A stretch of DNA of 64,000 nt, from positions 5,828,001 through 5,892,000 of the forward strand of contig NC_092673.1 of the NCBI RefSeq assembly GCF_964355755.1. The letters run 5' to 3'. Of the stretch, positions 38,339 to 49,959 are shown in pieces (within the stretch, counting starts at the first letter, position 1; every line of letters starts with the position of its first letter). The position numbers and the translations under genes are program-made. The stretch is from Antedon mediterranea (Eukaryota > Animalia > Echinodermata). The notes beneath the pieces were generated by a model. That model saw only the letters and a list, made by a program, of their open reading frames with translations, was not told the origin of the DNA and searched no databases.

Positions 38339-38738
38339 GGCCAGGTAGCGTGTTTGTTTTTTCCAGGACGAACGTGGGCAGAAGTCATGAATAATTCATT
38401 ACCTTAATTATTTTCTATTATAAAGAATTGAAAGATAGCTGATCTATTTCCTAAATATACTAAACCTAACCCTCTAAATAATCTCTCTCAACTATAAAAA
38501 TATAAACATGTACATGAAAGACCTCGAACCGAGGGCTTCAGCGTAATAGGTTAAAGCCTTTACCACTAGAACAAACATTTCGGTTGGCAAACGTTGTTTA
38601 CACTAATTATTTAATCTCTCTGCATTCTTATACAGCGCCCTCTATAATGTTCTCTATTATGTCATAATTAATCATGAATTATTCATGATTTCTGCCCACG
38701 TTCGTCCTGGAAAAAAAAATTACGCGGCCAGTTAGCCT
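38339..38738. mobile_element. Nested MITE with ~45-bp inverted repeats
   Basis: ttttttccaggacgaacgtgggcagaagtcatgaataattcat / atgaattattcatgatttctgcccacgttcgtcctggaaaaaa. Confidence 0.8.
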
Positions 38739-41700
38739 ACGTTGGCTAGGTTACAGGACTGATTGCCCATAAAACATTCGATGTATAAATATCAACACCC
38801 CAGACAGTGTAATAATGACCTTTCCAGACCGAAAACCATTCTGCCCGAAATTACGATACTCTCTCGATACAACTCCATATTTTATTAGTGGAAATGCATT
38901 TTTATTTAACATCAATCTTATCAAGCCAGCCAAAGACTGAATACGTACATTAAAAGTACAAAGAACAATGTAAACCTATAAACAATTATTTGCAATTAGC
39001 AATGTATAATAAATAAAATCAATCATGGAGAAGGTGGAAAGATTATATACACTGCCATGGGAATGGATACTTGAGAGGCGCCATATGTCAGTTGTGTGAA
39101 CACCCATATAACTATTTGGTCAAAGTTGAATTATATCTTTCGAGGGTGTAAATATATAATAATACGCAACCGAGAGTAAAATTAAATTTAACTTTTTAAC
39201 GACAATTTGCAATATCATAATCTATGGCGTACCAAACTGTCATTTATTTAGGCAACTAAAATATTTTAGTTTTTAATAGATGTAGTTAGTTTACATAGAT
39301 CTTAGGTTCCAATAGAGATATATCCCTGTTTATAACCAAGATATCTTTTCAATAAAGATATCTCTATTATTCCAATTAGAGGCAATTAATATATGTCTTA
39401 AGAGATATTTCATAGTTTTGTTCCCTTGAGTTAGGCCTATTAGCAATTTAGTATTCCTATCAAATAAACTTGGTAGGCCTATAGACGACGCAATTCCCAT
39501 GAGAATAAATAGGCCTATACTAACTATTATATTAAAATAAATGTATTAACTAAAATCATTTCATTACTACTCAACTTATCAGATGTTATCGTAAATAGTG
39601 TTGTCATTTTCTTAATCAATATTATCGGTATCGATATAAATCTTCAACCCTCTTTAATATTTATTACCAAAATTGGTAGGCATATAGGGCTACGTGTTAT
39701 ACATCAGTATAAACTGTACTTATACTCGACGCAAAGTGTTCAAGTTCCATATTAGACTGAAATGAATTTTGTCTACACAGAATGAATTTTGTCTACACAG
39801 AATGAATTTTGTCTACACAGAATAATTTTTGTCTACACAGAATACATTTTGTCGCCACAAAATGAATTTTGTCCACACAGAATTAATTTTGTCTGCACAG
39901 AATTAATTTTGTCCACACAGAATTAATTTTGTCGAGACAAAATGAAGTTTGTCAAGACAAAATTAATTTTGTCCACACAGAATAAATTTTGTCAACACAA
40001 AATGAATTTTGTGTTGAACAAAATGAATTTTGTATTGACAAAATTAATTATGTGTAGACAAAATTGTAATATTTCGACAAAATTAGCAATGTCCCATTCG
40101 GCGCCCCGTACTACTATGTCTTTACAACGCTACTCATGCCAGTGAGAGGGAAGGGTGATGATATGGGTGGTTTAACTGCAATAATAAAGATTTGTACATA
40201 CTATACGGCGACTGAAACCATTATCCGTCTAAAAAAATTTATATCCAACCTCTGCAGCACAGATTGAAAAAAAAATGGATCCAATTTCTGTTATGAGTAT
40301 AGAGTACTTTCCTTTACGACGCCTGAGGGAATAGACACTTGTGGAACGACACAGAGATTGGAATGTTCCATTCATTGCAAATCAATACATTTGTATAAAC
40401 GTATATTAAATCTATCAAAATAGTATTTTTTTAAGAAAATCGGCCTGTCTTCAACATTATGATACTGTACTCGAGCTGTTCAACGGGTTTTCAGCTATTA
40501 AAAACAATTATCGTAGGAGGAGATAGGAAAATGCGAAGCCTCCTCGCATTTTTGTGGCGGGTATTTTTCAAGATGGACATCCATTAGACAGTGTATACCC
40601 CTATTTGGGGCTAATTGTTGAACCTAAATTCGTTTTAATCGTCAATAACTAATTATCTAACATAATTTAATTAGTAAACAGGGTTACATCAGGTGGTTAA
40701 AATCAGTACCGAAAGTACGAACCAACTTTATATACCATCGAGTAAAAATTCTAAAAGTAAGGTGCGATTTACCGAATTTTGCCCTTACGTAAATTTATAT
40801 ATAGAAGAACAATCCACAAAAACTACACTCATTGTTTACAGGTAAGTTTCCATCAGGACATGTGTTGAAGCAATTTAATAAAAAATAAATAAAATATGAA
40901 ATATTAATAATTAAAAAAAATAATTAATAAAATATTAAAAAAAATCATGTTAATGAAAAAAGGGAGTGAGCTAGCGAAGTAAGCTCACCCTCTACAGTAG
41001 TACTCACAATTTTTGTATTGCCTATATAACCCCTTTTCATGTACATCTTTTAGATCTGTCTGTTTGATTTTTTGCTTGCAATTTTTGTCAATTTGTTGTC
41101 ATGTGTTGCGCACACAACACATGTGCGCATGCAACACATGTGTGCGCACGCAACACATGCCACTTGTTCATGTATATTGAGTGATAAACAGCATATTGCG
41201 ATACAAATTCTTATTGTTTAGTTTAATTAAAAACATAACTTTAAATTTACTGTTTCAACCCTTTGACGTTTATCAATGACACTATTTTTCAGAAATAAGG
41301 TTCTCGACGCAATGACAATCACAATATAATTTATTTTTTCAGGGTATCAACCTTAAAAAATAACTAAATACATAAACTTTCAGACATAAATATTTGGTGT
41401 ATCTTTGATATTATATTTGGTATCGTGTTCATTACTGTATCTCCTACAGAGAACATGCAGAGATCGATCCTTTCTTTTATTTATCTTTTAGTAAAATTAA
41501 TGACGGTTCAAAGACCAGAACACCTGTTCTAAATATCTATAACTACCACACTAATATAATAGAGATAACACTAAACATAACACACTCAATCGGAAATTAA
41601 AACTGTTTGCTAACCATTTTTTATAGAAATGATCAAAATTATTACACATTTGGGGCATACCACAATTGTTGAGTACATTTTGAATTTTACTAGTCCATTT

Positions 41701-43397
41701 CTGATCGTGTAATTTTACAAGGCTATCTCCCTCATTAGGGAGCCCAGCCCAGCTGTACTGTAGTTACTTTCCAGGCGAAGTTTACAGAACGTTACGCTAC
41801 AAGGGTACAAATTATGTTCCCGATCTAATTGTTCACCAATTTCTTTTAATTTACGATTAACGTTCTGTACCGTGGGATTCCTAAAATAGACATTTCATTG
41901 TAGGCCTACTTTAGGCCTACATTACTAAACAAAAAACATGCCATTTTAGTTTAGCCAACATCTTATTATAGCTAGCTAAATTAATAAATTTCTAATGTCC
42001 TGTATGTCATGATTCCAATTTTTAAAAGGAATCTAAGAGTAAAAGAAATAACCATAGGCTGGTCAGTATGACTAGCATTCATTAACAATTTTTCTACAAA
42101 CTAAAAATCAGGGTTTACATGATTAAAATTACCCAAGAAATAGTTTATATAAAAACATCAAAACTATTGCCATTCAACTAGTATAATAGTTTATTAAAGA
42201 CATGGAGTACAAATAATTTAAAATTATTGCAAAATTTTACACAAGAATTTATTATATACAAATACACCTATATACAATTGAAAACAAAAATAATCATTTG
42301 TGTATAAATTAAGATATAGAGTAGCTTGCAATATTACAAAAAAAAGTACAGGCAGAAAATTACAAAATTTATAAAATTAAAACTTTAATTTAATTGTGAA
42401 ATATCAACAACAAATTACAGACCAAAAAGTATTTTTGAAAATGGAAAGTTGGTTACATTACAGAAAGTGATAAATACAAATATAGTGATCATAATAAAAT
42501 GTAAAAATCACCAACACTCACTATATTAAAGAAATAATTTTAAAATGTAAATAAAAATAATGAACAAATTATTATGGTGTGCTATGAAAAACAATTACCC
42601 TACCAATATTAGTTACACTTCTGGTTTATGTATTAAAGATGCATCAATTTTGTTTTAATGGCTCTGGTGTAAGGAATATTCTATCTGAATCAATTTATTC
42701 ATTTTTCAACAAACATTTTCATCTGGCCATCCAATTTATACTAACAATAACCAATCACTATTCATTGATTTATCATTAGCAATTAACACATTGCAACTCC
42801 TCCATGTATTGATGGAAATGTTTGATGACATAAAGGTAAATCCATATTTATCTCTTTGGTTAAATGAGCAATAGAACTAAATCTGTGAGAGTAAATGGTA
42901 TTTTGTAAAATAATGTTAGGCCTATATCTAATACAGGTGCACTCCAAGGCTGCGTCCTGTCTCTATTCACATCGGATTTAAGATGTCAAACTAACTCATG
43001 TAGTATCATTAAATTTACGTATGACAAATGTCTAAACATGACTTTACTATGTCAATTGACTATGACAGTGGCAGTTTCAACAAAGTATTAAATCGCAAAT
43101 GTTTTACTGTGTTATATATAGAGTGGTATATTATTTATAAAACAAATATTTTTGAGTGAATAAAGAATGCATTTTAAAATGGTTCCTCTTTGCACCTAAC
43201 CTCTTCACCATCCCTCACCCTAATATTACATACAAAACACAAACTCAGGCTTTGTTTAAAGTTGACTCAAAAATTTGGACTCATTTTTTTTAACAAGTTT
43301 CTCTGCAGAAAACAATTCCCAGGGTGCCAATTTTAGTTCATGTTAATTTTTAGACTATATAAATCACTGTGTCTCGCTCTATAAATGACATGTAGGC

Positions 43398-43985
43398 CTA
43401 TTTATTTATTTATTTAATTTATTTCCTTTTATTGCATCCAGTAAACAGTGATGAAGTTGACATAAATATTTAAAAAACTTTATCAAAGATAAAAAAAAAC
43501 ATAGTATAACACAATACAAACCAAACAAGTTACTAAAATATATCATAGTCCACAAATCAGTCTTTCAATGTATCATAGTACATCCAGTAACACAAACCAA
43601 AAAAGTTACTAAAATATATCATAGTCCACAAATCAGTCTTTCAATGGCCATCATAGTACATCCAGTAACACAAACCAAAAGGGGTTCACAATTTGCTTAT
43701 CATCTCAGTTCCTGATCATTCACCAATCATTGAAAACTCCGTGGAAAGTAATGAATGTTTTTTGTGCGTTGTGTCCTGACTTTAGGGAGGGTGAACGATC
43801 TAACGCGTCGGAGCTGATGGTTGTGTGTGGGAGGTTTAGGTAAGAGAGAGTGTAATCTATGATCTTCTTTTTTCATTTATCAAAGAATTTTCTTATGCAC
43901 AGGCATATTCGAGAACTGGTCGTATCACTGCTTGATAGTATCGGAGCAGTTCCAGTCTATCTAAGCCAGACCTGATCCTGCAGTA
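43398..43985 (-). mobile_element. LINE 3' end inserted into the dispersed repeat
   Basis: (TATT)n tail at ~43400. The minus strand reads DHRLHSLLPKPPTHNHQLRRVRSFTLPKVRTQR, typical of LINE ORF2 C-termini. There is an internal ~73-bp duplication, and the host repeat resumes at ~43990. Confidence 0.65.
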
Positions 43986-44205
43986 CCGACTGTACGTATA
44001 TTTGAAATCGCCATTTTTACGCTGAAATTACTGTGTATTCGAGAACCATCAGTAGGCACGATAATATTTGCATATAAATTGTAAAAACTAAAGTGGTATT
44101 TGATTTTAGAAAAAACACAGAATATTTAGTGTTTTGGATACAAGACAATGGAATGTGAAAATGATTCAGGAAAAAAGCAAACCAAAGTTTGTATTATAGA
44201 AACAT

Positions 44206-44332
44206 AGTATAAAACTGAATCCAAATAACGAGAGGCAAGCCATGATTCAATGTTTCGATGATGATGATGATCAATTAAAGATTGAAACGTTGAATCATGC
44301 CTTGCCTCTCATTATTTGTAGTCAGTTTTATA
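44206..44332. repeat. Hairpin/palindromic element
   Basis: tataaaactga..ccaaataacgagaggcaagccatgattcaa.gtttc ... gaaacgttgaatcatgccttgcctctcattatttgtagtcagttttata. Confidence 0.8.
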
Positions 44333-44609
44333 AAATGTTATTTAAACATAATCAGTGCATCTATTGTTTTTTTTTATAGAAAATTAGAATATTATGATAT
44401 AGATCATAATGCTCCTGCACTGTTTTATCAAAGTATGGTCCAGTGAATCATAAGCTATTGCTGCATTGTCTAGTTCTGTAGTTGTGCGAAGATAAAAATA
44501 AGCTCTCTACTATGGCAACCAAAGTATTATACGATGTAATATAACCGTATTAGATATATTATATATTTAGATAACTTGATAACAAGAAAAAATTACATAT
44601 TACATTACA

Positions 44610-45242
44610 TTAAAGACCCCTTCCCTGCAATTTTGGACGTTTTTTGGAAAATAATACATATATATCACTTTAAAAACATTAAATCATGTCATTCCTTGTC
44701 TTAAATGTACGTTTTATGGTAAATTATGATAAAAAGTGAGAAACAATGCACTACCTAAATAGCTCGCGGCGATCGACCTCTCGTGGACGGTCTTAGGCCT
44801 AGCCTAGCTAGGCTTAGTTTTGTAGGCCTAGCTGGTAAACATCGATAACATACGAACATCGTACGCTAGCTATATACCTAGCCTGACGTTGTATAGTTGC
44901 TGCATTAATTGTCTTTCTATTTTTGCCAGACTCCGTTGATACAAATTGGGGAAAACCCGGTATTTTCGCTGAAAAGTTAGGAGTCTTCCATTTGTTTTGG
45001 CTTCACGATCGATCGAAAAGTGGGCGAATTACAGGTGAAAAACAAAAATATCAATCCGCGCGCAATGCATTTTGGGATTTATAGCGGGCCGCTATAATTA
45101 TTAGATCGATTTATTTTTCACATTTTTAACCGTTTAAAGATGAAAAAAGTTATTGCAATAGGACCATATAGTATTATTTTTACATTAAATATAGTTTGTG
45201 ATCTTAAATTAGATCTAAAAAACGTAGGGAATGGGGCTTTAA
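44610..45242. mobile_element. Kolobok-like TTAA MITE, family A (inverted, longer relative of 4519-4935)
   Basis: ttaaAGACCCCTTCCCT ... AGGGAATGGGGCTttaa. The interior matches the reverse complement of 4540-4900. Confidence 0.8.
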
Positions 45243-45399
45243 ATATAATTAGATCATAGGCTAGTTTCAAGTAAAACCACTACAAAGAGACATTCTTTTC
45301 TATAGTGTAGAAAGTAATCTGTATTTTCTATTTGAAACTTGCAACACAAAACAATTTTTGATCAATAGCAGGGCGGAGCCTGCCATTTACAGACTGGAA

Positions 45400-48300
45400 T
45401 CTCATAGCCTATTTCACCCACTGCTGTGTGAAGGCCTCCTCCAGCTGTTTCCATTTAGTTCTGTTTCTTGCCGATCTTTCCCATGTTGCCGTTTCCATGT
45501 ACGTTGTTATGTCGTCACGCCATCTTCTTTTTTGCCGTCCTCTTCTTCTTCTCCCTGTCCTCAGCTGCCATTCATTCAATCTCTTCGTCCATCTGTTGTC
45601 GTCTCTTCTGGCTATGTGTCCTGCACATCTCCATTTCAGTTCTTTGATCTTTACCATGATGTCTTTGACTTTTGTTCTTTTCCGTATCTCACTATGCTTT
45701 ACTCTGTCTCGTATTGATAGATTTACCATTTTTCTTTCCATCGCTCTTTGTGTTGTTATCAATTTTTGTTCCATCTCTTTCATTGTTGCCCATGTCTCTG
45801 CCCCATAAACTATAGTTGTTAGAACACATTGATTGTAATACACCCTTGTACACCCTGCTTCTTCGTGACATGGGAATGTCTTGGTTGGTCAGGATATGCT
45901 TGTGCATCCCGAAGCTTCTCCAACCTGCTTTTACACGTGTTACTATCTCCTCCTCTGTGGTGTTGACCATTTTTAAGGTCTGCCCCAGGTATTTGTATTT
46001 GTCAACTTTCTCAATCTGGTGATTGTCTATTGTTATTGTCTCTTGAGTCGAGAAGTTGGTCATAAATTTAGTGCATTTGTAGGCCAACCTTTTTACTTTC
46101 TTTGTTCAGGCGATTGAGCTGTTCTTCCATGTCCTTAACAGTTGTAGTTGTTAAAGCTACATCATCAGCTAACGGTTTTATCTGGGATTCTATAGTAATA
46201 CCAGCTTTTATCAAAAGAAGACACTACAACTAATGTATAATAATGGACGAATTTGTATTGTTTTATTGATGGACTATGTAGTGTATCAAACAACACATTT
46301 CCAATTGTATGTATTGTGTATGTAATTGGACAATAACAGTTTTTTTAATTTAGATTAAAAAGTTTGTTTTAATTTTATTATAAAACCAAAGGCAAATTAC
46401 TGAAAAAATGACACTGATGTGGGTATCAGTAACTGGATCTCAAAAGAGATCCAAAAAAAGCTTTTTTATTAAATAAGTTGCTACTTCAAAACTGAATGTT
46501 TATAAAATATAAATAATGGCAAAGGTGAGAAAAACTGTGAATCATAGTCATGTATGTATTGCGTGACAAGAAATCTAAGCAGGGGCCATGTAACCTGGTA
46601 ATCTAGTATTAAGTCTTTGGAGATATCGTGTCACCCTGCCTCACACCTCTCTTTATTTTGATGACTTTCGAGATGTCTTTATCGATGGGTATTTTGGCGG
46701 TTGTGTTTGTGTAGATATCTTCCAAGATGATAATGTATCCTTCTTGTATTCCAATTTTCTTCAGGGCATCAAACATATTTTTGTGTTCTATCGAGTCAAA
46801 GGCCTTCTGGTAATCTATGAATCCAAGACAGATGTTCAGTTGATATTCATTTGACTTTTTTGGTTATCCGCACTTGGCGGATAACCTCTTGTTATTGTCA
46901 GGATCTTTTTTTTTTTTTCTCTTTTTTTTTCTATTTTCTTCTTTCTTTCCACGAATTTTGTTGGTCGCATATCTCTAATTTTGGGCAACATATGATTGTA
47001 TAATTTTTTCATAAGATTGATATGTAGCTGTAGATGTGCAAGAAACTTTTTTTTTCAAATTTCGAGTCGCGCAGCGTAAGTTACGCGCGATTTTGTGAAT
47101 TTCAATGATTGATCATAGAATAAAAACTAAAAGTCATTTTGTATTGAAACTTGGTGAAAATTTAAGTCATATAATGCGCAAACTTTATATGGATTAAAAA
47201 TAGCATGTTTTACAAAAAGTTACGCGCGCACGCGCGTTTAAAATTTCAAAATGCGAAAAATCAATTTCTAATCAACTTTCTACGCGTTTCATGTCATTTT
47301 GAGCATTTCAAAAATTCCCACGCGTGCGCAATTTTTTTACGCGCGCGTGCGCACGTAGCGCAAAAACATCATTTTTTTGCTTGATTTTTGTTTTTCCTGT
47401 CTTTTTTAGAAAATTTACCAACTTTCAAACAATTTCGACTTAAAATCACGTCATACGAGCACGTAGAATTAAACAATTTACGCGCATTTTTGAAGAAAAA
47501 GTTCAAAAATTTGTCAAAATTATGCCTTTTTTTAAACAGTCATAGATTCTAAACTACGTGGTGAACTTTTTTATATTTACATATTCTGGTAGTAGATGAG
47601 TTGCAGATATCAAATCATGCATCGATGTGGCTAACCGGACATTATGACGTCATCGTATGGTCACTCGAATACAAAATATAGGATTTTTTTATTATTCGTC
47701 ATAGCTCATCACATTTAATAGAGCGCATCTCCACTTATCCGTATTCCATTGCCCTCCATTTTTTTAAATTGTCTAAGTCAATCAATTATCATTCTCATGT
47801 TTTACCATTTTTAAAATTGTGATGACGTCATCATGCTCAAAAGCGTCATTAACTTTGGTCACTTAATTTCACCTATTCTGCACTGTATGTAGTACGTATA
47901 CAGTATATAGCGTATACCGTATATACTTAGACGTGACGCAAAATAGAGAGCGCATTAACATTTTTGCAATGGCATAATAGTTTTTCTGCGCGCACTATTC
48001 CAACGTATGACGTGCACGTGGCCATTGCGCTGCGGATAACCTAACTCGTCCGTAGTGACGAGTTCAAATCTAGTGATTAGTTGGTTTACTGCTTGCAGAT
48101 GGTCTATAGTAGAATAGCCCCCTCTGAAGCCTGCTTGTTCCCTGAGCTGGTTTTGATCCAAGATGTTTCAATCGGTTTTGGATTACTTTTGTGAATATTT
48201 TGTAAACATGTGACAGAAGGCTGATTGGCCGGTATTTTTTTATGTCTGCTTTGTCTTCCTTTTTGTGGAGTAGTATGACTTTCGCTTCTTTCCAGCATCG

Positions 48301-48420
48301 TGGTATTTTCTTGGATGGCAGAATCTGGTTAAAATGTTCGGTAAGTTGGATTACTGCCTCATCACCTCCTGCTTTAATTATGTCACTTGTTAATTTATCA
48401 ATGCCTGTTGCCCATTATGG
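45400..48420 (-). mobile_element. RTE-clade LINE, 5'-truncated, interrupted twice
   Basis: EQAGFRGGYSTIDHLQAVNQLI | KSNEYQLNICLGFIDYQKAFDSIEH, RGVRQGDTISPK | ADDVAL, YKYLGQ, YGAETW, LKWRCAGHIARR.DNRW, RRRGRQKRRW.DD. Confidence 0.93.
46860..48073 (+). mobile_element. Helentron/HINE-type element inserted in a T-run of the RTE
   Basis: 5' end ggttatccgcacttggcggataacc followed by a T/C-rich tract. 3' end gcggataacc, aactcgtc(cgtagt)gacgagtt hairpin, CTAG. The RTE reading resumes on both sides with no TSD. Confidence 0.85.
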
Positions 48421-49283
48421 CCATGGGCTTTACGGCCTCTCTTAATTGACTTTTCCATATTTTTGAAGGGTTTTCTGCCTTAAATCGACGCGCTGGCCAG
48501 GCGTGTTGTCAATTGGTTTGCGTTCAGGTTTTCCTTCCTGACCAGCAATGTCAGCTAACTTGACTGTTACCTAAAGACAATACATAAAGACAAAACATCG
48601 ACAAAGTCTACAAAACCAACTACCACATTTGTTAATTTTTTGGTGTTTGTATCTGGAAAAAAAATGTCATATGTTTTAACATGATAACACATTGAAATAG
48701 TATCCATGTGTTATCTCTAATCAACTGCATTCAAAACATGGTTGCATTCGCCTGAACAAAGCCGAGGATTTTTTCCTAGAGCATTATATTTGTGCATTAT
48801 GGTGTACAAAATTGACACTCAGTAAATAGAAATACCTTTTGCTTCATTTGATTTATTGTGAACTTTCTGTTCAAGCTTAATTAACTCCTTTGTTTAAGTG
48901 AAACGTCACTTGTTAAATGAGAAATGCCACGTCAGAAATAATCATATATCTTCTAAAGATCATAACAGCAATTCAGGCAGCTACTGCTAATTTTACATTG
49001 ATTTCCAAAACAAATATAAGGTGAGTTGTAAATTCATTAAAAAATAATATATATTTATATTATTAAGTCTGTATTTTATACATTTAGGCTGGGATCACTC
49101 TAGAAATAGTGGCAAAAAAAAGGGAAATAAATAATGTTGTAGTAGTCATTGCCTGTACATCCAATGCTTCTACTTTGTCTCTGCATGGAGCTATAAAATT
49201 AGCTCCATGGTCTCTGTAAACTTAATAATAATGATATAAATCATTACATCCAAGCGATTTAAAATTGGTTCTGTTGTTACAGA

Positions 49284-49944
49284 ATGGCTGCTTATTCGCA
49301 GCATAACAAGAACCATCATCGTGGATTGAAAAGAGGCAGAAAGAAGCAATCAAAACCAACTGAAGAATTTAAAAAATTCCTTGCATGTTTAAGTGATAGA
49401 TATAAAGGTGAGAAACGTCTGTGGTTAAGACTTTTGCTACAGGACCACTGCTCTGGACAGGTATTAAGTAAAGAAGATGTCCCAGCACTTAACTGGTTTA
49501 ATGAACTTAAAAGGACAGGTTGTATTAATTATAATCTTGCTGATGTCGAAATTCTGTTAGACATCGCTAAAATAACTGAAGAGAAGAAAGCGATAGATTT
49601 GATAAAACAGTTTAAAGAGAAGCATCCAAACAACAATGAAGAGTACAACTTCACCAAGGGAAAACCAATCACAGAATATCGCAAACGACTCTTTGCATCA
49701 TTAAGAAAAAATACGACAAAGGTATCAACCATGCTTGCACACTACAGCCTAGATCAGCACAGTTTTAAGAATATTTGGGATTTTGTATTCATACTTGAGA
49801 AGGAAAAACTTCTGGTGGATGAAAACAAGTCAATAGAATGTTTTGCAAAGTTCCTCGATAAAAAAGCTAGTTATATTTTTTTGGAGATGGAAAAAAACAA
49901 AGTAAAGTCCATTGTAGAAAAAGAGACCACGATTGACAGTGAGG
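49284..49944 (+). CDS. Gene 2 exon 1: tandem DED-like pair with basic N-terminal extension
   Basis: ttgttacag acceptor, ATG at 49284, phase-1 donor G|gtaagc. FKKFLACLSD..LWLRLLLQD..ALNWFNELKRTG...DVEILLDIAK, then ITEYRKRLF..IWDFVFILEKEKLL. Confidence 0.85.
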
Positions 49945-49959
49945 GTAAGCCGCGGTTTA

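Larger units (their letters stand above)
36881..40108. mobile_element. 3.2-kb TA-flanked non-autonomous TIR element with inverted subterminal 20-bp tandem arrays
   Basis: ta|cggggcgccg.ttgggacattgctaattttgtc ... gacaaaattagcaatgtccca..cggcgccccg|ta. (ttctgtgtagacaaaattca)-type arrays lie at ~36940-37360 and, inverted, at ~39760-40060. Confidence 0.88.

Noticed and set aside
41095-41162. Alternating purine-pyrimidine palindromic tract (atgtgttgcgcacac...gcaacacat)
   Set aside because: It is a short low-complexity repeat with no evidence of function.
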